A stretch of 64,000 nucleotides of DNA from Octopus sinensis. Lineage: Eukaryota. Below the pieces are notes generated by a model. The model searched no databases and was not told the origin of the DNA. It saw only the letters and a list, made by a program, of their open reading frames with translations. This document shows positions 24,563 through 37,530 of the stretch, one piece after another. Each line of letters opens with the position of its first letter. Position 1 is the first letter of the stretch. A program made the translations under genes and the position numbers. Location: the NCBI RefSeq assembly GCF_006345805.1, contig NC_043021.1:20212001-20276000 (forward strand), given 5' to 3'.

Positions 24563-25851
24563 ATACTTATTCATATATATGAGCTATGGAATCGTTTGGC
24601 AGCTTGTAGTTCTTGTGATTTGTAATACTTTTAATTCTGTATTTTCCTTAGTTCATCAACCCCGAAAGAATGAAAGGGAAAGACAACTTCAGCTGATAGT
24701 GAAGTAATTTTAATAATTGTGTGTTCATATATGTGTTCACATACTCTTCCAAACATGTGGTTTTGAGTTCAGTCCCATTGCGTGGCATCTTGGGCAAGTG
24801 TTCTCTACTACAGCCCCTGTGACAGGCCCCAAACCCTTGCGATTTGATTTGGTAGATGGAAACTTTAAAAAGTCTTACACATAGAAATGTAACCACATGT
24901 GGACTGTTGGCAATTTTCCTTCTTTGGATTCTCCCTTTCTCCTTTCCGGCGAAGAGCCATGCTCGAAACGTTAAAAGGTCTCCTTTCACCAAGCATCAAA
25001 CTAATATATATATATATTTATATATATCGATAATAATTATTCACTCTTTTACTTGTTTCAGTCATTTGACTGCAGCCATGCTGGAGCACCGCCTTTAATC
25101 GAGCAACTCGACCCCAGGACTTATTCTATCGGTCTCTTTTGCCGAACTGCTAAGTTACGGGGGACATAAACACACCAGCATCGGTTGTCAAGTGATGTTG
25201 CGGGGGACAAACACACACACACCCACATATACATATATACGATGGGCTTCTTTCAGTTTCCGTCTACCAAACACACTCACAAGGCTTTGGTCTGCCCGAG
25301 GCTATAGCAGAAGACACTTGCCCAAGGTGCCACGCAGTGGGACTGAACCTGGAACCATGTGGTTGGTAAACAAGCTACTTACCACAAATATGTTCTTAAC
25401 ATATCTAGGCAGGTTCAAATGAAAAATATGCTGGTTGTTGAAGTGTACATCATACGAGAAAAACAGCAATGGATTCAACACGTTTGGCTCATTAACACAC
25501 AGCATTCTGGGACACTGGTGTTTCCTGTGTCACTATCCAGAAGTAGCTAGAACAATTGTGTGTGTCTTTCTGTTTACTGCACTGTAACTTGGCAGTTTGG
25601 CAAAAGAGATCGATAGCCTAAGTATCAGGCTTCGAAATAAGTACTAGGGTCGATTTATACGACAAAACCCTTCAAGGCAGCGACATAGCATGGCTGCTGT
25701 TCGAAAGATTGAAACTTGTAAACAGCAAAAAATAGTAAATATTAAATATCATTGTGTCGGATTGCTGGAATTGCTAGAGCGTTGAACAAAACTGCATCGC
25801 GGTTTTCATTTACGGCCCTCTATGTTTTGAGTTCAAATGCCACTGATACTC

Positions 25852-26239
25852 TTTACTCTTTTACTTGTTTCAGTCATTTTACTGTGGCCATGCTGGAGCG
25901 CCGCCTTTAATCGAGCAACTCGACCCCGGGACTTATTCTTTTGTAAGCCCAGTACTTATTCTATCGATCTCTTTTGCCGAACCGCTAAGTAACGGGGACA
26001 TAAACACACCAGCATCGGTTGTCAAGCAATGCTAGGGGGACAAACACAGACACACACGCATATATATATATACATATATACGACGGGCTTCTTTCAGTTT
26101 CCGTCTACCAAATCCACTCACAAGGCTTTGGTCGGCCCAAGGCTACAGTAGAAGACACTTGCCCAAGGTGCCACGCAGTGGGACTGAACCTGGAACCATG
26201 TGGTTGGTAATCAAGCTACTTACCACACAGCCACTCCTG
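25852..26239 (-). mobile_element. Family A tRNA-derived SINE (internal TA/TG microsatellite). Other minus copies: ~25025-25385, 31481-31851, 33854-34218, 49296-49655
   Basis: Head AGGCGCAGGAGTGGCTGTGTGGTAAG with B box GGTTCAGTCCC, CORE-like ccttgggcaagt, tail cagtcaaatgactgaaacaagtaaaagag. Confidence 0.9.
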
Positions 26240-26462
26240 ATGTCAACTTTTCATTATTCCAGTGTCAATAATTCTGTCTATACCCCCACCCCTACCGCAA
26301 TTATAGCTTTGCGCCCATATACGACTTAAACATGCAGCTTATCTCAAGTGAAGTACAGCTGCACTCGATTTAATCGACTGTCCCACCTTTTGAATTTCTG
26401 ACCTTGTACCTCTGCTAGAAATTATTATTAATGATCCTGTGTTATATATTGTATTTGAGTAT

Positions 26463-26635
26463 AGACGTAGGAGTGGCTGTGTGGGTAGTAGCTTGTTTAC
26501 CAACCACATGGTTCCGAGTTCAGTCCCACTGCGTGGTACCTTGGGCAAGTGTCTTCTACTATAGCCTCAGGTCGACCAAAGCCTTGTGAGTGGATCTGAA
26601 AGAGGGAAACTGAAAGAAGTCCGTCGTATATATGC

Positions 26636-26727
<92 letters not shown>

Positions 26728-26915
26728 TTGTCCCCCCAGCATAGCTTGACAACCGATGCTGGTGTGTTTACGTCACCGTAACTTAGCGGCTCGGCACAGA
26801 GACCGATAGAATAAGTACTAGGCTTGCAAAGAATAAGTCGTGGGGTCGATTTGCTCGACTAAAGGCGGTGCTCCAGCATGGCCACAGTCAAATGTCTGAA
26901 ACAAGTAAAAAGAGT
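26463..26915 (+). mobile_element. Family A SINE. Other plus copies: 1-107 (tail), 35288-35670, 55628-55958, 62502-62770, 63019-63458
   Basis: Same consensus as above; the central (TA)n length varies between copies. Confidence 0.9.
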
Positions 26916-28072
26916 AAGTGAGCCTTCCCGATTCCGTATTATTCATTCACTCCTCGACTCTTACAACTTTAGCGACAGCACAGTAGAGAGGCAAAGTCGA
27001 CCTCAGGGGAATATCTGAACTCAAAAATAATTCTTTCTACTGAAATTTTGGAGGAGGGACAATCGATTATATCGACCTCAATACTTGACAGGTCCTTAGT
27101 TCATCAACCCCGAAAGAATGGAAAGGAAAGACAACTTCGATATAATTTGAACTGAGAGCGTAAAATGCCACAAGAAATGCTGCTAAGCTTTTCGTACAGC
27201 ATACTAAGATTCTGCCAGCTTGCCGCCTTGTTAATTTAATAATTCATATCTTAGATGAAAAAAAAAATGTCATTAATTCAGCTAATTGAAGTTTGGCTGT
27301 GATTTTCTTCCTGGCTTCAATTCTTGTCTCCAAAGATTGGTTTTGCAGACATCTCACAATTGATGTTGTATAGCCAGCCCTAAGGCAGCTCCAATCGAGC
27401 AGTTAGTATCTTCTATGATCAAAGACGTTCCAACTGTGACCATACTATATTTATATTTTGAAATAATAGTTCCTGAGCAATACAAACCTCATCCAATGTA
27501 TCCTTCCTCTCCACCCCCACTTTTGTTGTTGTTTTTTTTTGCTTTGAAAAACAGGTGCGCGTGAGTTAAAGAATAATTTGACTGCTATTTCTAGCAGATA
27601 AAACGACTCTGTTGCGGTTCCCTTGTTGATGTTAATTTGGTGCAGTAATTAAATGCATGGTGGTAGTGGCTGGATCTCATTCAGAGCCAACATAAGGCTA
27701 TGGTGAAGATGATGTTGATGATGATGACATTAATTAAGGGAAAATAATTGACAAATATGACGGCAGGGCGAGAGCTAGGATCATACCAACGAACTGTATT
27801 TAACGAAACCACTATCACTGACAACCAATTGCCCCATTTAGTGTGTGTATGTATAAACACAGGTCAATGTATCTATGTATGTGTGTGTGTGTTGAGATTA
27901 TGAGTCATAATTCGGAATTAGGTGTTTCGATCCTCTGAGTAGTGACACGCACGGATTTTAACGATTCATTGCTATTCAACCTCTCCAATACTAAATATTC
28001 CGCGTTTTGCCAAATTGAATTTTTTGAATTTCTCTGTGGAATTGCTAATCCTTTATACGCACAGATATACAT

Positions 28073-28108
<36 letters not shown>

Positions 28109-28133
28109 TGATGCAATAAGGAAATTCTCAGCC

Positions 28134-28175
<42 letters not shown>

Positions 28176-28368
28176 GTGACGCAATGAGGAAATTCTCAGC
28201 CCACTATATATATATGTATGTATATGTATACACATCTATGTATATATTCACATACAATTACATAGAGTATATGATGTGGTGTGTGTGTGTATATATACAT
28301 ACATATAGTGTGTTTGTGTATGTATAAATAGTGTGTATACACATACATATACACAGTTACACACGCAC

Positions 28369-28401
<33 letters not shown>

Positions 28402-29763
28402 GGGGCAGAGAGGGAGGAGGGTATTTACAGCGTGTTCAAATACTGGGAAAGACAACCATTATGCTACTTTTAGCTATCTATAAATCACTTTCATTTCATC
28501 AAAACTCGCCATAAATTCCCTGCAACTCTCCGTTGTTTTCCATAATTGCGTTGCCATAGTGTGTGTGTGTGTAATGTGAGTATGTCTACTGTTGTGTGTG
28601 TCTGTGTCTGTGTGTACTGGTGTGTGTGTATGTGTGTGGATATGTGTACTGCAGTATGTGTATGTGTGCGCCTTTGTCCGTCCGTCTGTATGTATGTATG
28701 CGCGCGGTTATGCTTATTTTCGCGCAAAATTTTTGAAGATGGACACTTTTACTCCATATCCACGTCTGACATTAAAAAAAACTTGTTCTTTCTTTCCAGA
28801 TATTGTCGCTCACTATTTTTAAGGTTTTATTTCCATAGCCAATTGTTCAAATCCACCTGACTGTGGTTTTGTTTGTTTATTTTTTTGCCACTAACAACAC
28901 GCTCCATATTTCCTTCTCCGTTTTTCCCCCATCAGAATATCTTGTCTTTTATAATAAAAATACACTCAGTTACTAAGGTCCCGATTAACAAAAATTAAAC
29001 ACAAGGCCCAAATACATACATATATAGGCACGAACATTATATATATAATATATATGATGTTGCATTTAATTTATCTTAGTGAAAATAGGAAAATATTTTT
29101 ATCCATTAATAGTCGAATTTTTGTTAATGACCTACTTGCAGTTTTAATCACTCTCCCCCCTCTCTCTCTCTCTCTTTCATACACGCACCACGCGCGCGCG
29201 TGCATATATACACATCAACCGGGAGCTAACGAAGGAGCTGCTATACATGGTTACTCGACATTCTAGAAATAGCAGCCAAATCACGCCCTACCGTTAAAAA
29301 AAACAAAAAAACACGCGTTGTGCAGTATAGCGTTAAGTTCTTTTGCACAGAAAAAAAAAAAAAACGGGCGGAAGTCTTTCAATACGGGATGGGTATAAGT
29401 GGAGTGCCTTTGATCAGTTTTCTAAACCAAGATTTAACTGAGTTTCCACGTGAACGTTCGTTCTGTTAAAAATAGTTGCCGAATCTAACCTCACTTTACT
29501 GTTTACGTCTTAAATTAAATAAAGAAAAAGGTTACTGATAATTCTTTGACATACAATGTCCGAGAGTAAGTCATGGCTAGAATGTCTTCCTTAGTAAGTC
29601 TGTTTCGTCACAACTGACCTAGGGTTAAACAAATAAACTAAACATTGCTTTCTTAAGCAAATACACACGCACACGCACTCTGCCTGTCCGGCCGCGTCTT
29701 TCCAACCTTCTCTTTCTCTCTGTCCGGCCGCCTTTCCAACCTCCACCTCTGTGTGTGTGTGTG

Positions 29764-29838
<75 letters not shown>

Positions 29839-32707
29839 CACATAATACAAAGATTCGCTCCACTAATAAGTTGCGCACGAGAACCAAAGCTATGAATAAA
29901 CCCTTTCGTCTTATATAAGGCAAAAAAAAAGGCAAAAAATTAGATAATGCAGTCTGCTTAAAAATTGGGATGGTCACGGAATATTTTTGATCAAAGTTGA
30001 TTGCTATCCTTAGTAGGTCAAGCGACCATAGAGACGACATCTTGGTGGGACACTCTCTTGCAATGGCCTCTCTTCGTCGGTGACCTTACACAAACGATCC
30101 AGCGAGAGAACCTCTGTACAGTCGCTCGATCGCCTAGAAATAGCAATGAAAATTTTCTCGCAACATCCCTGCTGTTTTAAAGGACACCGTCGGTAATTAC
30201 CGTCCCATGGACAAAAATTACCGAGAAAAAAAAACGAGCTAGTTACAGCTGAAACGATTATACGACTGTTCTGGGACGACCTTGAACTGAAACAAACAGC
30301 CTTGCACAAAACGATGTCCTAAAAGCTAAGCTTCCTCTTGCAAAGTTTAAGCGTAACGATCACAATAGAGTGCTCTCCACGTATCTGGGAGATCCCTAAA
30401 CGACAAAACGTTGCCAAATTAGTGTTTAACATATCGTAGGTCGTGTGACATATTGGATTTAATTATGTTTCTAGGTCAACTAGAAGCCTAGATAGCGTTT
30501 GTTATGTATTTTGTGGCAGCCATTTTGAATTTCGGCTTTTCAAAATGGCGGCCATTTAGGTAGTTATGCCAATGTCGACATTAATTTGAGGATTCTCCAT
30601 GCTCTGATTAATTTTTAAAACCATTGTTTCTTTAATCTGTAAAATTTTTCACCGTAAAACATACTTTGTTGATCATTTCCAAATAACTTGATTGAATTTT
30701 TTCTCATGGTATTTAATGCTAATTAAAAATGGCTAATTAAATAGCTAATTACAAATGCCATTCTGCAGATCGAAAAGAACTCCTCGCTGACGCTTCTGGC
30801 TTCTGTATGGTCCTTTAGCCTGCTAGAAAGAACAGCTAATCCTCCTCAACTCATTTTACAAGGGATAATTTGAAAAATGTACTACAAGGTTATCTGAACA
30901 TAGGGAAAAAGGTGAGGTCATGATAGGAATAACTTTGATCATCAGGCTTGAATTGGGGTTAAATAACAACCACAAGGTCACATCTGTAGTCTTGTTGTTG
31001 TTACCAATACTACAACTGTTTCTATTCTTTTGTAGAGTTTTGTATATCATTAATAATTTAGCCAGGTTTGTAAATTGTATGCCATGTTCTGCATTCAATG
31101 CATTTCAATGCTAATGAGAGAACCTCTTTGTAGTTGGCTAACATGCTAGAAATAGCAGCAAAATCTTCATCAAAACACACAACATTGTCTTCAAGCAAAA
31201 AACACTTTGGGTATGATTCTCATTTCTCTGCACCCCTTCCCCCACTGAGAAATGATAGAATGTGGGTGAAGAGAGGACCAAATACCTAACGGAAAGCAGC
31301 ACTATTCTAAAATTCACAGAATGTAACTCTAGAATACTGTTGATGGTCTTACTTTGTTCATGGTTTCACCTTGAATCCATTTATGATCTTTTTTTTTTTT
31401 ATCACTCTATATCTCAATTGTTAATATACAGCAGAGAGGCCATGGAAACGGAGTGGTGTCAAGTATAGTTCTGCATATTTCTCTTTTACTTGTTTCAGTC
31501 ATTTGACTGCAGCCATGCTGGAGCATCACCTTTAGTCGAGCAAATCGACCCCAGGACTTATTCTTTGGAAGCCTAGTACTTATTCTATCGGTCTCTTTTG
31601 CCAAACTGCTAAGTTACAAGGACGTAAACACACCAGCATCGGTTGTCAAGCGATGTTGGGGGGACAAACACAGACACCCACATATATATATATATGACGG
31701 GCTTCTTTCATTTTCCGTCTCCCAAATCCAAGGCTTTGGTTGGGGTAAGGCTATAGTAGAAGACACTTGCCCAAGGTGCCACGCAGTGGGACTGAACCCG
31801 GAACCATGTGGTTGGTAAGCAAGCTACTTACCACACAGCCACTCCTGCATCTATAAACCCTAAATTCTAACCTTAAACCCTAAATCAGATCAGGTACAGT
31901 GTAGCCTACAGGTACTGTGGTAGACTGTAACCTAAATATTTCTTGCCTTATATTTTTAGTTCAGGTATGCAATCGAATTTTGAAAAGAATATAAGTGTAC
32001 TGCAAGTGAAAAAAGGCTGCACAGCATTGCTGTAGTGACAGTTAAAGGAGTAACAAGAATCAAACATGAAATATTGGATGTGTTTTTACACTTGTCTTGG
32101 GTTGATTCAAGGATTCTAGTTGGTCTTCAGTGAAAATTAGCTGAAAGAAGCTCTTTGGGTGAATTCTACTTGTAATTTACTGATTTAGTTGCAATACTCT
32201 GTAAAATGCACAACCACATGGTTGTGGGTTTAGTTGTAATACATGGCATCTTATGTTGGTTTGTTTATGTCCATGTCACTTAACTGCTCAGTAAAAGAGG
32301 CAGATACGAGTATCAAGCTTTGAAAAGTAAGTATTGGGGTTGATTCATTTGACCAAAGCCCTTCAAGGCTGTTCCCCAGCAAGGCTACAGTTCAATGACA
32401 AACAAGCAAAAGATAAAAAATATATATATATATATAACCCTCCTTCTTGGGCGTCCAATAATACTATATTTGTTCCATGTCCTTGCGTTGTGTTTTCTCT
32501 TTCTGTTTTTATGTTTGGATTAACTATATATATATATATATACCGGAGTGAACACACAAATGTGAAACAAGGTGGAAAAAAGAGTACTCAAATACCAGTG
32601 GTAGTGCTTTAAAGTATATATATATATATATATGAATCGCCATGATAGATCGTTAGCCACTACACATATTTTTTTCTCTTTTTTCTTTCCTTGGTTTTTC
32701 TGTGTCC

Positions 32708-32743
32708 CTTTCTGTAGAAGAGCGTAGGCTTGAAACCTAAAAG
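32708..32743 (+). ncRNA. Degenerate minimal hammerhead motif
   Basis: CUUU-CUGUAGA-A-GAGC-GUAG-GCUU-GAAAC-CUA-AAAG; stems I and II pair, core A6 and stem III are mutated. Confidence 0.45.
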
Positions 32744-33213
32744 ATATCTGTTTGTTTTGTACACCACCTGTCTTTCTCTTGTTTTTTTCGTAAACTCTCC
32801 CTATATATGCATGATGGGCTTCTATCAATTTCCATCTACTAAATAGACTCACAGTGGAGGTTTGTGGCTTAGTGGTTAGGATGTCGGACTCATGATCCTA
32901 AGATTGTGGTTTCGATTCCTGGATCAGGCGGCATGTTGTGTTCTTGAGCAAAGCACTTCATTTCACATTGCTCCATTCCACTCAGCTGGCAAAAATGAGT
33001 AATCCTGCAACAGATCATTGTCCCATCCAGGTGGGGAGTATATATGCCACTAAAACCGGGAAACCAACCCTTATGAGCCTGGCATGGCTCCAGAAGGAAA
33101 CATTTATTTTATTATTGAAATAGTCACAGGGCTTTAGCTGTCTTAGGGTTTATGGTAGAAGACACTTGCCTCAGTTTTCCCATGTTTTTGCTTCATACTA
33201 TGTTTATCTAGAC

Positions 33214-33413
33214 CAGTGCTTTTCAAACTTTTTGCTGAGGCGGAACCCCAAGGAAACATTCCACTGGCTCGAGAAACCCCTGTGCAATAATTTAATAGTC
33301 TTATGCACACATATCTGCATAGGAGAATTAAAAATTACTGCTGATTTTAGCAGTTTTGTAACTTCTTGCGGAACCCTGGACTGTACTGGCGGAACCCTGG
33401 TTGAAAACCACTG
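33214..33413. mobile_element. hAT (Charlie-type) MITE
   Basis: CAGTG..CACTG termini with 8-bp TSD atctagac, the NTCTAGAN target typical of Charlie elements. Confidence 0.9.
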
Positions 33414-36062
33414 ATCTAGACCATCATATTTTGTCACCATACAATACCTTACCTGATTGACAAGCATCACTGATTCTTAATTTTCACTTGTAAAAGAGAA
33501 TTGGGGAGGCGCAATGGCCCAGTGGTTAGGGCAGCAGACCCGCATTCGTACGATTGCGTTTCGATTCCCAGACCAGGCGTTGTGAGTGTTTATTGAGTGA
33601 AAACATCTAAAGCTTCACGAGGCTCTGGCAGGGGTTGGTGACGATCCCTGCTGTACTCTTTTGCCACAACTTTCTCTCACTCTTTCTTCTGTTGGCCTGC
33701 TCACTTAGCCAGCAGGGTGGCGTCATTTGAAGGCTTAGTTTAAGTGTCACACCTAGTTTCTTTAGCAACCACCAAACTATATGGTTCCCTAACAAAGGCC
33801 TTTTCCTTGTGAATGTGAAGAATAGTGGCTGGTCTTTAGCTTATCTATATATATTCTTTTACTTTTTTCAGTCATGCTGGAGCACTACCCTTTAGTCAAA
33901 TAAAATCGACATCAGAACTTATTGTTTGTAAGCCTAATACTTATTCTATCAGTCTCTTTTTGCTGAACCGCTAAATGACAGGGACATAGACACACCAGAA
34001 TCGGTTGTCAAGCGATGGTGGAGGGGACAAACACATACATACATATATATATATACGACAGGCTTCTTTCAGTTTCTGTCTACCAAATCCGCTCACAAGG
34101 CATTGGTCGGCCTGAGGCTACAGCAGAAGACACTTGCCCAAGGTGCCACGCAGTAGGACTGAACCCAGAACCATGCGGTTGGGAAGCAAGCTTCTTACTG
34201 CCCTGCCACTCCTACGCTCATAAATATGCACACACACACACATATTTCTTTACTACCCACAAGGGGCTAAACATAGAGGGGACAAACAAGGACAGACGAA
34301 AGGACTAGTCGATTACATCGACCCCAGTGCGAAACTGGTACTTTATTTATCGACCTCGAAAGGATGAAAGGCATAGTTGACCTCGGCGGAATTTGAACTC
34401 AGAATATAACGACAGACGAAATACCGCTAAGCATTTCCCCCAGTGCGCTAACGCTTCTGCCAGGTTGCCACCTTACATACATACATATATATGTCATCCC
34501 TGATCCACTGTAAGGGTATCTTTGTTTTGCTTTCACCTATATATATATGATGTTGATATATGTAGCCATCACAAAAAGATACCCTTATGCTGGATCAGGG
34601 ATGACTTTAGGCTAAACAAACATGTTAGGGAAGCCCCTACATCAACCATGGGCAATCCAGCAGTCTGCCATTCAGGTCTTGACATGGTTCATCAAAAATT
34701 ACCTTGTATTTTCTTACTTGTGTGGCCTGCCTGATGACAAACCATGTCTCATGCAGCCCACTTCTCAAAAAAGGTTGCCTGTGCCTGCTCTATTTCAGTC
34801 TGCTTAAAATAGCCAGCAAATGTCCTTCAAATCATACCCTATCATCTTAAAAACTAAAGGGAAGGACACGTTTAATAATGTGACCCTAAATACTCCCAGT
34901 TTCAATAAAAGATGGTTGATAATAGCTGGAAATTTCTTTTTATTTGATAATTTAGTTTACTTGTTCAGGATGTACATGTGTCTAAACAGCAGCAGCAAGT
35001 AAAGACAGGAAGGCTGTTTTGCTGATGAAATCAGAACAAGACTGAAACAATATATGCAGTTGTCTCCCTTATCTGCTAGGCAAAGGATAAAAATGTTAAA
35101 TCATTGACTAATATATTTTTTTTACATTACTATTTGTTTCTTGTTAAGCTTTTTAGCGTTTTATATCTTAAATACATTATAAAACTAACTCAACTATTAT
35201 TTTTCATGCAGATGATATCCCTGATAGATTTCATCTTTAAACAATTCTATTTATCTACGTCTGCAAATGTACAGCTCTTGCAACTATAGGCGCAGGAGTG
35301 GCTGTGTGGTAAGTAGCTTGTTTACCAACCACATGGTTCTGGCTTCAGTCCCACTGCGTGGCACCTTGGGCAAGTGTCTCCTACTATAGCCTCGGGCCGA
35401 CCAACGCCCTGAGTGGATTTGGTAGACGGAAACTGAAAGCCCGTCGTATATACATATGCGTGTGTGTGTTTGTTTGTCCCCGTAGCATTGCTTGACAACC
35501 GATGCTGGTGTGTTTATGTCCCCGTTACTTAGCGGTTCGGCAAAAGAGACCGATAGAATAAGTACTGGGCTTACAAAAGAATAAGTCCCGGGGTCGAGTT
35601 GATCGATTAAAGGCGGTGCTCCAGCATGGCCGCAGTCAAATGACTGAAACAAGTAAAAGAGAGTAAAGAGTATTTCACCATTACTTCTATGAGTACAACG
35701 AAGGCTATAGTTTGCTGATGGCGTCTGAATAATGTCGAAACATTTTCTCATGACAGCAGGCTTGTTCCTCTTTAACGGGCACGTCTTCTTTCAATCATCA
35801 TCTGCTCAGAAAATCCCTTTATTACAAGCGAAGTAACCTAGCTTCCAAAATTCGCTCCAGTCGTTATTACCCCGCTACACCTACTTTCCTTCTTGGTTTT
35901 CTATATAATTAAACTCTTCGCCTGACCAAAGCATTTTCATGTCTTAAATGTCCGTACTTATTTACAGGCCTTTGGTTTAGCTCGTTTCCTACGTTCTGAG
36001 TAATGTAAAGCTTTCCTTTCATAAGTCTCAAGTTGCTCTGATGGTTAAAAAAAAAAAATGAG

Positions 36063-36475
36063 GGCAATCTTTCGTCTCTAGTAGACCTTTCCGTCGATTT
36101 CCGTAATGAGAGCGAAAGAGACTAAGAGAAAGCGATTGTATGACGAGGGAAATTCTTTTGAAGTTACCGTGCATGGGAGCATTAATGGACATGTGTGTGT
36201 GTGTGTGTGTTTGATGGGGTGTGGGAGACAGACAGTATGTTGTGTAAGTGAAGTGCTTCTGTTAGTGTGTGTAAAGAGACAGAGTAATGTGTGAAAGAGA
36301 GAGATAACTGAAATTTTTTACTCGGTGTATGTGTATGTATCTATGTATGTGTGTGTGTATGTATGTGTATATGTATGTATATTACTTCAAAAGTTCCCGC
36401 AAGCCCATATGTAAAAAAAAAAAAAAAATTTTTACGGAAATCGACGGAAATGTCTACTAGAGACGAAAGATTGCC
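36063..36475. mobile_element. Same fold-back family, asymmetric copy in reverse orientation
   Basis: GGCAATC...GATTGCC ends; aaaatgag 8-bp TSD; spacer is the reverse complement of the copy 1 spacer. Confidence 0.88.
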
Positions 36476-37226
36476 AAAATGAGAATGTGTACCATATATG
36501 ATTATGGAGGCCAGGACAGGCAATAACTAACAATAACTAAATATTTCAAAATATTTAGCGCAGAGTCCGTCATGATCTTCGCCACTAAAAAAATTCACGT
36601 TCGTATTTTCACCTTGATTCTCAAACGTTATCTTTCAAAAAATGTGTCTTGTTATAAAACCCCAGGTCAGAATGGAGTAGGACTATGAACAAAGGTATTC
36701 CGCCAATGACTATCTCGTCTTCTTTTGTGTCCTTTTTAGATTGTAAAGAAGGTATGTGGAGGGAGATCTGACTAGTCGAGTAACTGAGTCACCATTTGTA
36801 TGCATTTATTAGCGTCATAATCCTTCGCCGGCACATATTACAGGTATTACTCCCATTTGTATATTACACCCGTGCCCCCCACCGCAAAAAAAAAAACTAG
36901 AAAAACAACAAATAAACCAACAAAAAAACTGAATTGAAACAAGACACGTTTATTCCGCAGTTATCTAACCTGAATACTTATACACACACACACACATACA
37001 TACACTCACGCATACGTAAACACAATTGCGACTGACACAACGCACACGCATACACAACTGCTCGCGCGCGCCCGCACTCAAGCACACGTAAACATAATTA
37101 CATCTGCAACTGACAACATGCGCGCACACGCACACCCACCACTGACAGCACGTTGAACAACACAGCGATGCGCAAACCCTTCCCTCTGCTATGATTTCCC
37201 ATTTAGCAGCACACACATACATTTCA

Positions 37227-37250
<24 letters not shown>

Positions 37251-37259
<9 letters not shown>

Positions 37260-37530
37260 CACGTATACATTATACACACGCAGTTTATTTTAAGAACACT
37301 TCCTTTCTGCTGTCAAGTTGTCTCTCTTGTCCCGAATTATCCTTTCCCTCCGTGCAACATTGCTTATATTATACAGATATATGTATGTGTGTATATATAT
37401 ATATATACACACACTCACGTATATATACGCACAGTTTATTTTAAGAACACTTCCTTTCTTCTGTCAAGTTGTCTTTCTTGTCCCGAATTATCCTTTCCCT
37501 TCGTGCAACATTGCTTATATTATATATGTG
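37251..37530. repeat. ~150-bp tandem duplication bounded by (TA)/(CA) tracts
   Basis: cagtttattttaagaacacttcctttct..gtgcaacattgcttatattata occurs twice. Confidence 0.9.

Noticed and set aside
30010-30309. 99-aa minus-strand ORF
   Set aside because: Non-ATG start, partly made of the old ctagaaatagcagc repeat, and no recognisable domain.
35630-35662. Hammerhead-like look of the family A tail (AGTC/GACT hairpin followed by GAAAC-AA-GTA-AAAG)
   Set aside because: No CUGANGA precedes the hairpin in any copy in the window, so the catalytic core is incomplete.
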